64,000 nt of DNA from Fimbriimonadales bacterium (lineage in GTDB: Bacteria; Armatimonadota; Fimbriimonadia; Fimbriimonadales; ATM1). The stretch is taken from the NCBI GenBank assembly GCA_041744215.1, contig JBGTLG010000004.1, forward strand, positions 47,637-111,636. Reading direction: 5' to 3'. Each line of letters opens with the position of its first letter. Positions within the stretch are counted from its first letter, which is position 1. The translations under genes were made by a program, and so were the position numbers. The notes beneath the pieces were generated by a model. It ran no database searches. It was given only the letters and a program-made list of their open reading frames with translations, and was not told the origin of the DNA. This document shows, piece by piece, positions 39,545 to 49,560 of the stretch.

Positions 39545-41542
39545 ATGCCTACCGTAGACGCGTCAATGCGACCTCTTGCCATAGCCCTAATCATGATCGT
39601 TTGCGGCGTCGCCGTGGCGCAGAACCCAGTCATTGAGGCCCGCCAGTTCTCGTCTCCGCCCACCATCGACGGAGTCGTCGACGAGCAAGAATGGGAGGAG
39701 GCGACCAGGGTCGAAGGATTCACCTTGATCGCAAATGGGTCGCCCGAGCCGCATCGAACTCGCGCCTGGATAGGATACGACACACAGAACATTTACATAG
39801 CATATATCTGTGAAGATCCAAATCCAACACTTCTTCGAGCAACAGAGTATCGAAGAGGTGCAAACTTGTCAGGAGACGATCGAGTCATTTTTGTCATTAA
39901 CGCTTTCGCGACGCAACGCGGCGACGACATGAGCGAATTTGAAGTGTCGGCCGGCGGAGGCTCTAGGTCGTCCATTGCAGGCGGGAGAGCTGCCAAGCGA
40001 GAGTGGCAAGGCGACTGGATCGCCAAGGCGAGAATCACAGATAGCGGGTATGAAGTTGAGGCTAGCATCCCTTGGGCAATCTTGCCGCTCCCAGGTGCTG
40101 GCGTACGGAACATCGACGTAAATCTCGGTCGCTTCTACCAGCGCCAGCAACTGATCGCCGCTTACTCAAACATTGGCCCTGAGGAAAGAAGCGACCGTCA
40201 CGCGGTCTGGCTAGGCGTTAACGTCCCGCAAGTAGCACAGGCAGGCGCGTTGCAAGCACTTCCATACCAGGTGCTTGGTTACGATGACGAAGGAGGTTCT
40301 GTAGTCTTCAATACGGGCGTTGACATGAGATACCGTGTGAATCCTCAGCTTACGGTGCTCTCATCAATAAACCCAGATTTTCAGAATCTCGAGAATGCTG
40401 TGCTCAACCTTGAATTCTCGCGCTTCGAGCGCCTTGCGGATGAGCGCAGGCCGTTTTTCGTCGAGGGAGGTGACTTCTTTAGAATGGGCGGTAGCGCGCG
40501 TCCTTTTGCGTCGCAGCGAATCGGCCCGTTTGACGTCGGCGGAAAGGTGTTTGGTAAGATAACCGACGATAGCGTCATCGGCGCACTGACAACGATTCAA
40601 TTCGGCGAAGCCGTGAACGCCGCAGTTCGCTACCGAAAGACTTTCGATCAACGGTCCCACGTCACGGTTGGATGGGTGTATAGCGACCGCGAGGGAGAAG
40701 GAATCACAAACCATGCTGCAAACACCGAGCTGATGATAGACGGTGAAAGGTGGGGCGTAGGTGTAATCCACGCGATAACGGAAGACTCAGACGTCGGCGC
40801 TGGTAAGCGAACGGACGTCGACGTGTTCTATCACGATGGAGCAGTGAGCGGCAGTTTTGGGTGGCAGCAGATCAGCCCGAACTACCTCCCACGCATCGGC
40901 TTCGCGCCAAGGCGCGGCCTCAAAGGATGGCAGGGAAGGCTGGAATATGAAAAGGCATTCACCTCGGGAGGCATCGTCGATGCCTCTGCGAGTGTTTCCT
41001 TCTTTGACTCCGACCATTGGGATGGAAGCGGCGTCTACTTTGATAATCGGTCGGTGAACGCCGGAATCAATCTTCGCAATGGTCTTAGTGTCAATGCCGG
41101 AACCGGCGTGTCAAACTTTAAGGGCTCGATCGATAAGATCACATGGATCTGGACCGAATACCCCAGCAACGATCCTTACCAATCGCTCGGCGTCGGTTCA
41201 GTTTTCGGATCCGTAGGCGGCGATCGGTACCTTCGGTATGACTTCTTCGGAAGATATCGCTTTCCGTTCAAACTCTCTGTCTTTGCCAGCCTCGGATTCG
41301 AGGCACTCGCAAGTGAAAACAATCACCTGCATATCATCGGAACCAGCTTTGAGCTATCCGAGTTTCAATCAATCGCCGGTCGAATGGTCATGCGGGACTC
41401 GAAGGTGAACTGGTATCTCTCGTATCGACAATCGGGCAACTTCGGTGCTGAGTACTACGTCATCATCGGCGACCCCAATGCACCAACGTTTCAGAAGCGA
41501 GTCGTTCTGAAGGCGGTCTTTCCGTTTGAGATTCGCTGGTAA
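39545..41542 (+). CDS. Secreted CBM9-like domain plus DUF5916-like beta-barrel protein
   Basis: PTIDGVVDEQEW, YEVEASIPW, INPDFQ, ERRPFFVEG motifs; C-terminal aromatic residue; start could be 39566. Confidence 0.8.
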   Translation: MPTVDASMRPLAIALIMIVCGVAVAQNPVIEARQFSSPPTIDGVVDEQEWEEATRVEGFTLIANGSPEPHRTRAWIGYDTQNIYIAYICEDPNPTLLRATEYRRGANLSGDDRVIFVINAFATQRGDDMSEFEVSAGGGSRSSIAGGRAAKREWQGDWIAKARITDSGYEVEASIPWAILPLPGAGVRNIDVNLGRFYQRQQLIAAYSNIGPEERSDRHAVWLGVNVPQVAQAGALQALPYQVLGYDDEGGSVVFNTGVDMRYRVNPQLTVLSSINPDFQNLENAVLNLEFSRFERLADERRPFFVEGGDFFRMGGSARPFASQRIGPFDVGGKVFGKITDDSVIGALTTIQFGEAVNAAVRYRKTFDQRSHVTVGWVYSDREGEGITNHAANTELMIDGERWGVGVIHAITEDSDVGAGKRTDVDVFYHDGAVSGSFGWQQISPNYLPRIGFAPRRGLKGWQGRLEYEKAFTSGGIVDASASVSFFDSDHWDGSGVYFDNRSVNAGINLRNGLSVNAGTGVSNFKGSIDKITWIWTEYPSNDPYQSLGVGSVFGSVGGDRYLRYDFFGRYRFPFKLSVFASLGFEALASENNHLHIIGTSFELSEFQSIAGRMVMRDSKVNWYLSYRQSGNFGAEYYVIIGDPNAPTFQKRVVLKAVFPFEIRW

Positions 41543-41563
41543 CCGAATGGGTACGATTCTCAA

Positions 41564-41884
41564 ATGACTTTCCAAACGACGAACTGCGTAGCGCTTGGCG
41601 TGCCGGATGTAGTCGAAGGCGCAACCTTTTACGAGCGCGTCCTCGGCTTCGTAAAGCTTGGACAGGGCGACGACTGGATCGAACTCCAATCTGGCGCGCT
41701 ACGACTTTTCATTACGAAGAATGATGGGACGACACCGACATTCGATCTCTCAGTATCCGATGTTGCCGAAGCGTCCAAGCATCTGATCGAGAACGGGTTT
41801 GAAAGGTTAGGCGAGAGCAACGGCGAAGTCTATCTGCGGGACCCCTATGGGAACGCTTTCGCAGTATCAAAACGGTCTGTGTAA
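41564..41884 (+). CDS. VOC/glyoxalase family protein
   Basis: FYERVLGF, YLRDPYGN. Confidence 0.88.
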   Translation: MTFQTTNCVALGVPDVVEGATFYERVLGFVKLGQGDDWIELQSGALRLFITKNDGTTPTFDLSVSDVAEASKHLIENGFERLGESNGEVYLRDPYGNAFAVSKRSV

Positions 41885-41885
41885 C

Positions 41886-42278
41886 TCACTCGCGCCGCTT
41901 TGCTGCGCGCGGTCCAAACCACTTTAGGTTGTCTTCCGGCGCGAGTTCCGATTCGAATGCGCGCACTAACTCCATGGCTTCTGATTCAAAGTGATACGAC
42001 CCATCGATCTCCCCTTGCCAGATCGTCTCGATCACCCACGAAGGCACGGGCAAAAACACGATCCGCTCTGGCGCCTCAACGCGGACACTCAAGACGGTCG
42101 CAGTCGAATGCTGTTCCGAAAAGATGAACTCGAATCGCGCAGCGTCTGGCTCATAGACCGTAGTGCCGATCTGCGGTGTGCCCTTGCCAAATCCTTCGAG
42201 TAAGACGCTCTCGCTGAATTCACCTTCGGACGGAGGGCGTTGATCCGACAGCGATTTGAAAATCGCGAGCTTCTTCAT
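41886..42278 (-). CDS. Hypothetical protein
   Basis: ORF MKKLAIFK... filling the gap downstream of the hydrolase; no recognisable motif. Confidence 0.7.
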   Translation of the reverse strand: MKKLAIFKSLSDQRPPSEGEFSESVLLEGFGKGTPQIGTTVYEPDAARFEFIFSEQHSTATVLSVRVEAPERIVFLPVPSWVIETIWQGEIDGSYHFESEAMELVRAFESELAPEDNLKWFGPRAAKRRE

Positions 42279-42301
42279 GGCCGACCATTCATTAAGGGTC
42301 A

Positions 42302-42979
42302 TCACAATCCGCCCCGAAGAAACGCGACCGTCCGCTTCCACGCGTCTTCTGCCGCAGCAGCGTCATAGACTTCCACTCTCTCGCTATTGCAGAAGGCGTG
42401 GCCGACACCTGGATAGATGTGGAAGTGATGCTCTTTGCCTTTTGAATCAAGGTCATCGCTCAAAGCCTTGACAACTTCCGGAGTTGTCATATGATCTTGC
42501 TCCGCGAATAGACCGAGTATCGGGGCCTCCAGCCTCTCGAACGGAGGGTGGACGTTCGGATGGATTCCATAAAAGTTGACGCAAGCGCCGATCTTCGGAT
42601 TGGTCGCGGCAGCATACATCGAGAGTTGCCCACCCATACAAAAGCCCACGACCCCAACCCGCTCACCAGAAGTTGCATCGTCGTTCAGCAGCCGATCGAC
42701 TGCCCGGCTTAAAATCTCCTCAGTATTGGCGATATCGAGCGCCATCATCAGCGTTCCGGCTTCGTCAGGCTCCGTCGTGCTTTCGCCCTCATAAAGGTCA
42801 GGGGCGAGGGCCGTAAACCCCTCCTCTGCAAATCGGTCCACAACATCCTTGATGTGCCCGACCAATCCCCACCACTCCTGGAGAACGATGACCCCCGGCC
42901 CCGTGCCCTGCGCCGATCGAGCGATGTAACCCTGAAAAGTCTTCCCATTGCTGGGAAACGAAACCATCTCGCCTTTCAT
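42302..42979 (-). CDS. Dienelactone hydrolase family protein
   Basis: QEWWGL, GFCMGG, YPGVGHAF catalytic motifs. Confidence 0.95.
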   Translation of the reverse strand: MKGEMVSFPSNGKTFQGYIARSAQGTGPGVIVLQEWWGLVGHIKDVVDRFAEEGFTALAPDLYEGESTTEPDEAGTLMMALDIANTEEILSRAVDRLLNDDATSGERVGVVGFCMGGQLSMYAAATNPKIGACVNFYGIHPNVHPPFERLEAPILGLFAEQDHMTTPEVVKALSDDLDSKGKEHHFHIYPGVGHAFCNSERVEVYDAAAAEDAWKRTVAFLRGGL

Positions 42980-42999
42980 GCTCAGATTATACGGCCACT

Positions 43000-43137
43000 A
43001 AAAAGAGAGGTGGGGCCGGTGGGCGATTCCGGCCCCTGGTGGTTGCACCCACCGCCTGAGGGCGTGGCAGTGGTGCAGTTGTGGGCGAGGGCATGGGAGA
43101 GGAAGTTTCGCGTTTCCTACAAGGCCTTCTACCCACC
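43000..43137 (-). ncRNA. Candidate structured small RNA (~135 nt) with 3' terminator
   Basis: Starts ~12 nt after a sigma54-type promoter; three consecutive hairpins, the last GGGGCCGG/CCGGCCCC followed by ACCTCTCTTTTT. Confidence 0.55.
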
Positions 43138-43146
43138 CTCTATCCG

Positions 43147-43162
43147 AGCAAGAACCGTACCA
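43147..43162 (-). promoter_or_regulatory. Sigma54 (-24/-12) promoter
   Basis: Minus strand TGGTACG-GTTC-TTGCT versus consensus TGGCACG-N4-TTGCW (one mismatch, exact spacing). Confidence 0.7.
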
Positions 43163-43348
43163 ATACCGGTCGCCCGCTCAATCCGGGCTTTTTGCTATGT
43201 TCGAATTGCGTGCAATCCCGCAATGTCGCGAGATCCGATCGCCCCTTAACATCCCGTTAGCACTCCCCTGACACAATGGCGAAACCTAACCTGAGTGCTA
43301 AACTGGGCTGCACAATTCAAGCCCAATCGGGCACTCGGAGGAACACAC

Positions 43349-44470
43349 TTGGGCACAGCCTATACACCTGGATTAACAGTCAGCGAAGACCAAATCGTCA
43401 GCAAGATCCGCCGCCTGCCGTTGAAAGGGCAGGTCCTGGTTCAAGAAGGCGACTCCGTCAACCCCGACACGCCGGTCGCGCGAACAGAGCTTCCAGGGAT
43501 GCTCCAAACCGTAAAGGTAGCCGAAAAGTTGGGCGTCGAAACCAAGGAGGTCCACGGTCTGCTGAAGGTGTCGATCGGCGACAAGGTTAAGGTCGGCGAC
43601 GTACTCGCTGAGTCGAAGGGGCTCTTTGGGCTGTTCAAAGGTACGGCCACGTCAGATTACGAAGGGACGGTTGAGGCGCTCTCAGAGGTGACCGGTAACC
43701 TGCTCGTTCGTGAAGCGCCGATTCCCGTCGAGATAACCGCCTACCTCACCGGAAAAGTCACCGACATTTTGCCCGAAGAGGGCGCAATCATCGAGACAAG
43801 GGGAGCAATTGTCCAAGGCATCTTTGGTATCGGCGGAGAACGCTTCGGTGAGATCAGAGTCGCAGTAAACAACGCGGCTGAAACACTTGACAAACACCAC
43901 ATCAGGCCAGAAGATGCTGGGAAGATTCTTATAGGTGGAAGCGGCGTCACGCTGGAAGCAGTGAAGGAAGCCGAAAAAGTCGGAGTCGTCGGCTTGGTGG
44001 CTGGAGCCGTCAGAGATGTAGACATTACTACCTACCTCGGCTACGACATTGGCGTGGCCATAACTGGCCAAGAGCAGATTCCATTGACGGTCATCGCCAC
44101 CGAAGGCTTTGGCAATCTTGCAATGGCGGGCCGAACTTTCGAACTCTTCAACTCCATATCGGGCAGGAAAGCCAGCATAAACGGGGCAACGCAAATCCGA
44201 GCGGGAGTTATCCGCCCTGAGGTCATCGTTCCCAACGAACACGCGCCGTCCGGCACGCCGAAAGTGGATAGCGCGACGAGTCTTGATAAGGGCACACCGA
44301 TTCGTGTGATCCGCGAACCCTACTTCGGTCAGCTCGGAGAAGTCGTAGAATTGCCGCCGGAGCTTCAAGTTGTTGAATCCGGCACAGAAGTTCGAGTTCT
44401 GAAGGCGAAACTCGCAGACGGAACTGTCGTAACAGTCCCACGCGCAAACGTAGAAATAATCGCAACCTGA
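43349..44470 (+). CDS. Conserved hypothetical protein with biotinyl/lipoyl-like barrel-sandwich repeats and C-terminal KOW-like motif
   Basis: GGAGG RBS before TTG 43349; VQEGDSV/VSIGDKVKVGD repeats; VRVIREPYFGQLGEV-type C-terminus. Confidence 0.8.
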   Translation: MGTAYTPGLTVSEDQIVSKIRRLPLKGQVLVQEGDSVNPDTPVARTELPGMLQTVKVAEKLGVETKEVHGLLKVSIGDKVKVGDVLAESKGLFGLFKGTATSDYEGTVEALSEVTGNLLVREAPIPVEITAYLTGKVTDILPEEGAIIETRGAIVQGIFGIGGERFGEIRVAVNNAAETLDKHHIRPEDAGKILIGGSGVTLEAVKEAEKVGVVGLVAGAVRDVDITTYLGYDIGVAITGQEQIPLTVIATEGFGNLAMAGRTFELFNSISGRKASINGATQIRAGVIRPEVIVPNEHAPSGTPKVDSATSLDKGTPIRVIREPYFGQLGEVVELPPELQVVESGTEVRVLKAKLADGTVVTVPRANVEIIAT

Positions 44471-44480
44471 CGGAGAACAG

Positions 44481-45149
44481 ATGAAGATACTGATAGTTGA
44501 AGACGAACCCAGCCTGCTGGAAACCATCGCCAGACAACTGTCAAAAGACGGCCACACCGTGGTCACCAGCCAAACTGCCGAAGATGCCATTAAGCAGTTT
44601 CGGCTCCAACGACCAGATCTCATTGTCCTCGATGTGATGTTGCCTGGCAGAAGCGGCTTCGAACTGTCCCGAGTGATCCGCGAGGAAAGCAAAGTGGCGA
44701 TCCTCTTCCTATCTGCGAGGGCGAGTGAAAGCGATCGGCTGCAAGGATTTGAGGTCGGTGGCGACGACTACCTGACCAAGCCGTTCAATCTAGCCGAACT
44801 TTCAGCAAGGGTTCGCGCAATTCTGCGTCGATCGATCCCTGCATCAGACGCAAAGCCAATCAGCGTCGGCTCCCTGAAAGTCGATCCAGACCGACACGAA
44901 GCTTGGGTGCGAGAAAGTCGACTGGAGTTAAAGCCGAAGGAGTTCGCCCTTCTCTATTTCCTGGCTTCAAATCCAGGGAAGGTGTTTACCCGAGACGCGC
45001 TCCTCGACCGAGTCTGGGGACCCGACGCATACGTAACTCCGCGCACAATCGACGTCCATGTCAGTTGGCTGCGTAAACAAATCGAAGCGGGCAATGGTGA
45101 ATCTCCTCGAATCGTAACTGTGCGCGGAATCGGCTATAAATTCGTTTAA
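44481..45149 (+). CDS. OmpR/PhoB-family response regulator (no adjacent kinase)
   Basis: VEDE, LDVMLPG, DDYLTKPF, RTIDVHV..LR, TVRGIGYKF. Confidence 0.96.
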   Translation: MKILIVEDEPSLLETIARQLSKDGHTVVTSQTAEDAIKQFRLQRPDLIVLDVMLPGRSGFELSRVIREESKVAILFLSARASESDRLQGFEVGGDDYLTKPFNLAELSARVRAILRRSIPASDAKPISVGSLKVDPDRHEAWVRESRLELKPKEFALLYFLASNPGKVFTRDALLDRVWGPDAYVTPRTIDVHVSWLRKQIEAGNGESPRIVTVRGIGYKFV

Positions 45150-45201
45150 CCGCTTGCTCGTATGCCCAAATAAGGCTCACTGCAAAATGACGCTATTGCG
45201 G

Positions 45202-45708
45202 TCACATTCCGAAATTTAGGTTGGCCATATCGATGTCCCCGAAACTCTCCACAAGCCACTTCTCTTCCGGAATCACAAACAGCCGTCGGTGAACCTCTTT
45301 CCTGAATCGGATCTCGACCGGACCATTGAATGAAAACGGAAACGGAGAGCCCACCGCAGCATTGACATGTGCCGTCACAATGCCGGTCTCGCCGCGAACT
45401 TCTGGCCGTAAATCGGTTATCTCTAATCTCTCAATCTGCGCTTGACGAATCCAGCGGCTGAACTCTGCAAGCTGATTTGACGCAGCCTCGTCGTACGGGG
45501 CTGGCAACCGAAAACTGCGCGACATATGTTCAAGAACTCCGCCGGCTTGCCCTTTCAAACTTGCCTCGCGCATCTCCAAAACTGCGGCGTGCATTTGCTC
45601 AGTAGGATCCGGCTTCATAGCAACCTGAATCACGTTGACAATTAGAATCACGACGATCCCGAAAATCACAAAGCCAACGGCATAACCCCAAGTTGGAATC
45701 TGCTTCAT
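45202..45708 (-). CDS. Hypothetical membrane-anchored protein, NTF2-like fold suspected
   Basis: N-terminal TM helix; helix-then-strand pattern ending W-L-V; 4-bp overlap with ribF. Confidence 0.7.
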   Translation of the reverse strand: MKQIPTWGYAVGFVIFGIVVILIVNVIQVAMKPDPTEQMHAAVLEMREASLKGQAGGVLEHMSRSFRLPAPYDEAASNQLAEFSRWIRQAQIERLEITDLRPEVRGETGIVTAHVNAAVGSPFPFSFNGPVEIRFRKEVHRRLFVIPEEKWLVESFGDIDMANLNFGM

Positions 45709-46625
45709 CGGACAACACCTAGCTTCTGCTTGATCATCTCAACATCTCGATGCATCTGCTCGACCAGCGCCTCAACCGAGTCGAAGCGCACTTCGTCACG
45801 AACGCGCTCCGTGAATGAAAGCGTCACATCGCAACCATATATCTCAACGTCTGGAAAGTCAATAAGGTGCGCCTCGATAGCAAATCCTGCGCCCTCCACC
45901 GTTGGCCGATCCCCAACGGAGATTGCAGCTTTGAACTCGCCAAGCTCAGTTTTTGCCCAGCCAGCGTAAATGCCGTGGGCAGGAAGAATCTGATCCGACA
46001 CAGGAGCAAGATTGATCGTAGGCATACCCAGCTGTCGCGCCAAGCCATTCCCGCGAACTACGACCCCGGCAAGGACAAACGAGGCACCCAGCAGGGAGTC
46101 TGCGGTACCGACGTCGCCGTTCCGAATCGCATTCCGAATCTCCGTCGAACTCACCCTTCTTCCGTTGTGCTCAATCGGCGACAGTATCTCCGTCGGTATC
46201 CGAGCGCGCAAAAACTCTACGTCGCCGCCGCGATCCCTGCCAAATGCGAAGTCGTGCCCGACAAACACCGACGCCGCACGCAGCTTTGCCTTCAGAACAT
46301 CGCTAACGAAACTCTCTGCGTCGATCACAGCAAACTCGCGATCGAATCTTGCCACCACCAAAACATCCACCCCGCAACCCTCGATCTTCGCCAACTTCGC
46401 AGACAGCGGCAACACGGTCTTGGGCGCAGACTCTGGCCGCAACACAGACATCGGGTGGCGATCAAAGGTAAGGGCAACGCATGGCCGACCACTCTCACGA
46501 GCGTCCAGCGTCGATGCTCGAATCAGCGCCTGATGACCCAGATGAACGCCGTCAAAAACTCCGATGCAAACAGTCGATTCCCTCCATCCAGCGGAAAGAG
46601 ACTCAAGCCCGAAGACGGTAAGCAT
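45705..46625 (-). CDS. ribF: Bifunctional riboflavin kinase/FAD synthetase
   Basis: GVFDGVHLGH, GHDFAFG, VSSTEIR, G.PTIN, IEAHL. Confidence 0.96.
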   Translation of the reverse strand: MLTVFGLESLSAGWRESTVCIGVFDGVHLGHQALIRASTLDARESGRPCVALTFDRHPMSVLRPESAPKTVLPLSAKLAKIEGCGVDVLVVARFDREFAVIDAESFVSDVLKAKLRAASVFVGHDFAFGRDRGGDVEFLRARIPTEILSPIEHNGRRVSSTEIRNAIRNGDVGTADSLLGASFVLAGVVVRGNGLARQLGMPTINLAPVSDQILPAHGIYAGWAKTELGEFKAAISVGDRPTVEGAGFAIEAHLIDFPDVEIYGCDVTLSFTERVRDEVRFDSVEALVEQMHRDVEMIKQKLGVVR

Positions 46626-46637
46626 GCGATCGAAAGT

Positions 46638-49523
46638 CTACCTTCGTGCGGCGGCTTTGCGAGCCCGAGCGGCCTTCCCGTTGCTGCTCGGCAAGGCCGA
46701 CAACACAGCTTTCAAAAACTGCCCCGTAAAACTCTTAGAGCATGCCGCAACGGACTCTGGCGGCCCGGCGACAACGACCTCGCCACCGCGATCTCCCCCG
46801 TCCGGTCCCAGATCAACAATCCAATCCGCGGTCTTGATGACGTCCATGTTGTGCTCAATGACAACAACAGTATTCCCCTGGTCTACCAATCGATGCAACA
46901 CACCAAGCAGTTTCCGGATGTCTTCGAAATGCAACCCCGTCGTCGGCTCATCCAGAATGTAAAGCGTTGCGCCGGTAGATCGCTTGCTCAGTTCTGCCGC
47001 CAGCTTGATGCGCTGCGCCTCTCCACCAGAAAGAGTGGTTGCGGGCTGTCCCATTCGGATGTATCCAAGCCCAACGTCTTCCAACGTTTGCAGTTTGCGA
47101 TGGATCTTCGGAATCGCGGAAAAAAACTCGAGCGCTTCCGATAGCGTCATGTCCAAAACTTCGCTGATGTTCTTGCCTTTGTAGCGAATCTCCAAACTCT
47201 CTCGATTGTATCGCTTCCCCTTGCACACTTCGCAAGGAACATATACGTCGGGCAAAAACACCATCTCAATCTTGATGATCCCATCGCCCTTGCACGCCTC
47301 GCAACGTCCCCCCTTTACGTTGAAAGAAAACCGCCCAGCCTTGTACCCACGCATCTTGGCATCAGGCGTCATCGCGAACAAATCGCGAATCATGTCGAAA
47401 GTTCCGGTATACGTTGCAGGGTTGCTCCTCGGCGTCCTGCCAATCGGCGACTGATCGATGTCGATCACCTTATCGATCTCATCCATTCCACGAATCTTCT
47501 TGTGCGGCTGCCAAACTCCGCGCGTCCCGTGAATCTCATACATCAATCGCGGAAACAGCGTGTCTTGAATCAATGTCGATTTCCCAGACCCAGAAACACC
47601 TGTGATGCAAACAAACATCCCAAGCGGAATCTCAACGTCGATGCCCTTCAAGTTGTTTCCGCTCGCGCCTTCCACCACCAACTTCCGACCGTCGCCGACG
47701 CGTCTCTCGTTTGGCGGCAAAACAACCTTCTTCCCGGTCAAATACTGTGCTGTCAAAGAGCCCGATTTCAAAAACTGCGCGTAAGTGCCCTGTGCGACCA
47801 CCTCGCCCCCATGCTCACCTGCGCCGGGCCCCAAGTCGATCACCCAATCCGAAGCGCGCATGGTCTCCTCATCGTGTTCGACGACAATCACAGTGTTTCC
47901 CAAATCGCGCAATCGCAAAAGCGTTTGAATCAATCGCGCATTGTCTCGCTGATGCAGTCCGATGCTTGGCTCGTCGAGAATGTAAAGAACTCCCATCAGC
48001 CCCGAACCAATCTGCGTCGCAAGCCGGATCCGTTGCGCTTCGCCGCCAGCCAGCGTCCGCGCATTCCTGCTCAATGTCAAGTATCCCAATCCGACATCGC
48101 GCAAAAAACCCAGCCGAGATGCGATCTCCTTAACCGCGCGCTCAGCGATCTTTCGCTGCCGCGACGTCAACCGCTTCGGCAAAGTCTCAAAAAACTGGGA
48201 GGCCTCCTCGATGTTCATCTCGGATACATGCGAAATGTTCTTGTCAGCCAAAGTCACAGCGAGCGTCGCATCCTTTAGCCGCGCACCCTTGCATCGCGGG
48301 CAAGGATTTGTCGACATGTATTGCTCCAAGTCCTGCTTGACCCACTCGCTCTCCGTCGAGCGATAACGCTTCTGCAAAATCTGCAGAACGCCATCCCACT
48401 CCGTGTTGATCTTCCGCACCCGACCACCGGAATACTTGATCTCCACCGTAACAGGCTTGTCGTATCCGTCCATGACAATCTTCTTTACCTTCGCAGGCAA
48501 ATCGTCGTATGCAGCCTCCGAATCCACCTTGAGCGCTTTCGCCAAACCATCCAAAACATCCGGCCACCACTCCTTCAACTCTCCATTCTTATGAACGAAC
48601 GGCGCAATCGCACCCCCCCTCAATGAAATCGAACCGTCCGGCACCAAAAGTCCCGGATCGAACTCCGTCCGCGTCCCCAACCCGTTGCATTCCTCGCACG
48701 CGCCATAAGGAGAGTTAAACGAAAACATCCGAGGCTCAATCTCTCCCAGCGAAATCCCGCAATCAGGACAAGAAAAGTGCTCGCTGAACAATCGCTCTTC
48801 GCCCCCGACCGCGAAAATCGTCACCAATCCGTTCCCAAGCTTCAGCGCAGTCTCAACCGAATCCGCAAGCCGAGTCTCGATCCCTTCTTTCACAACTACG
48901 CGATCGACAACCGCCTCGATCGTGTGCTGCTTATACCGGTCCATCGGAATGTCGTCGGTCACTTCATACATCTCGCCATCAACGCGAACGCGAACGAAAC
49001 CCTGCTTCTGTATGTCGCCGATAACAGTCTTGAATTCGCCCTTGCGCGAACGAACCATCGGCGCGAGAATCTGCAGCTTCGCGCCTTCGCCAAACTCAAT
49101 AATCGCGTCCACGATCTGCTCGGTCGATTGGCGCTGTATCGGTTTGCCGCATCCAGGACAATGCGGAATCCCCGCGCGCGCAAACAAAATGCGCATGTAG
49201 TCGTAAATCTCTGTCACCGTGCCGACTGTCGAGCGCGGGTTGCGCGACGCCGATTTCTGATCAATGCTAACCGCAGGTGAAAGCCCATCGATGTGATCCA
49301 CGTCGGGCTTGTCCATCTGCCCCAAAAACTGCCGCGCGTATGCGCTCAAAGACTCAACATAGCGCCGCTGCCCCTCGGCATAGATCGTGTCGAAGGCGAG
49401 CGACGATTTGCCCGACCCACTCAGCCCAGTGATAACAACGAGCTTGTCCCTCGGTATCTCGATATGAAGGTTCCGAAGGTTGTGCTCCCGCGCCCCATGA
49501 ATAACGATCTTGTCCTGCGGCAT
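46638..49523 (-). CDS. uvrA: Excinuclease ABC subunit A
   Basis: Two Walker A motifs ([18 protein letters not shown]), zinc fingers, L(A/S)GGEAQRI twice. Confidence 0.99.
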   Translation of the reverse strand: MPQDKIVIHGAREHNLRNLHIEIPRDKLVVITGLSGSGKSSLAFDTIYAEGQRRYVESLSAYARQFLGQMDKPDVDHIDGLSPAVSIDQKSASRNPRSTVGTVTEIYDYMRILFARAGIPHCPGCGKPIQRQSTEQIVDAIIEFGEGAKLQILAPMVRSRKGEFKTVIGDIQKQGFVRVRVDGEMYEVTDDIPMDRYKQHTIEAVVDRVVVKEGIETRLADSVETALKLGNGLVTIFAVGGEERLFSEHFSCPDCGISLGEIEPRMFSFNSPYGACEECNGLGTRTEFDPGLLVPDGSISLRGGAIAPFVHKNGELKEWWPDVLDGLAKALKVDSEAAYDDLPAKVKKIVMDGYDKPVTVEIKYSGGRVRKINTEWDGVLQILQKRYRSTESEWVKQDLEQYMSTNPCPRCKGARLKDATLAVTLADKNISHVSEMNIEEASQFFETLPKRLTSRQRKIAERAVKEIASRLGFLRDVGLGYLTLSRNARTLAGGEAQRIRLATQIGSGLMGVLYILDEPSIGLHQRDNARLIQTLLRLRDLGNTVIVVEHDEETMRASDWVIDLGPGAGEHGGEVVAQGTYAQFLKSGSLTAQYLTGKKVVLPPNERRVGDGRKLVVEGASGNNLKGIDVEIPLGMFVCITGVSGSGKSTLIQDTLFPRLMYEIHGTRGVWQPHKKIRGMDEIDKVIDIDQSPIGRTPRSNPATYTGTFDMIRDLFAMTPDAKMRGYKAGRFSFNVKGGRCEACKGDGIIKIEMVFLPDVYVPCEVCKGKRYNRESLEIRYKGKNISEVLDMTLSEALEFFSAIPKIHRKLQTLEDVGLGYIRMGQPATTLSGGEAQRIKLAAELSKRSTGATLYILDEPTTGLHFEDIRKLLGVLHRLVDQGNTVVVIEHNMDVIKTADWIVDLGPDGGDRGGEVVVAGPPESVAACSKSFTGQFLKAVLSALPSSNGKAARARKAAARR

Positions 49524-49560
49524 CTGAGGCGTATTCTACTCAGAAATGGTAGACGGGGGG

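Noticed and set aside
45867-48278. Long antisense ORFs over ribF and uvrA (425 aa, 258 aa)
   Set aside because: Shadow ORFs of conserved genes caused by codon bias; no motifs or RBS
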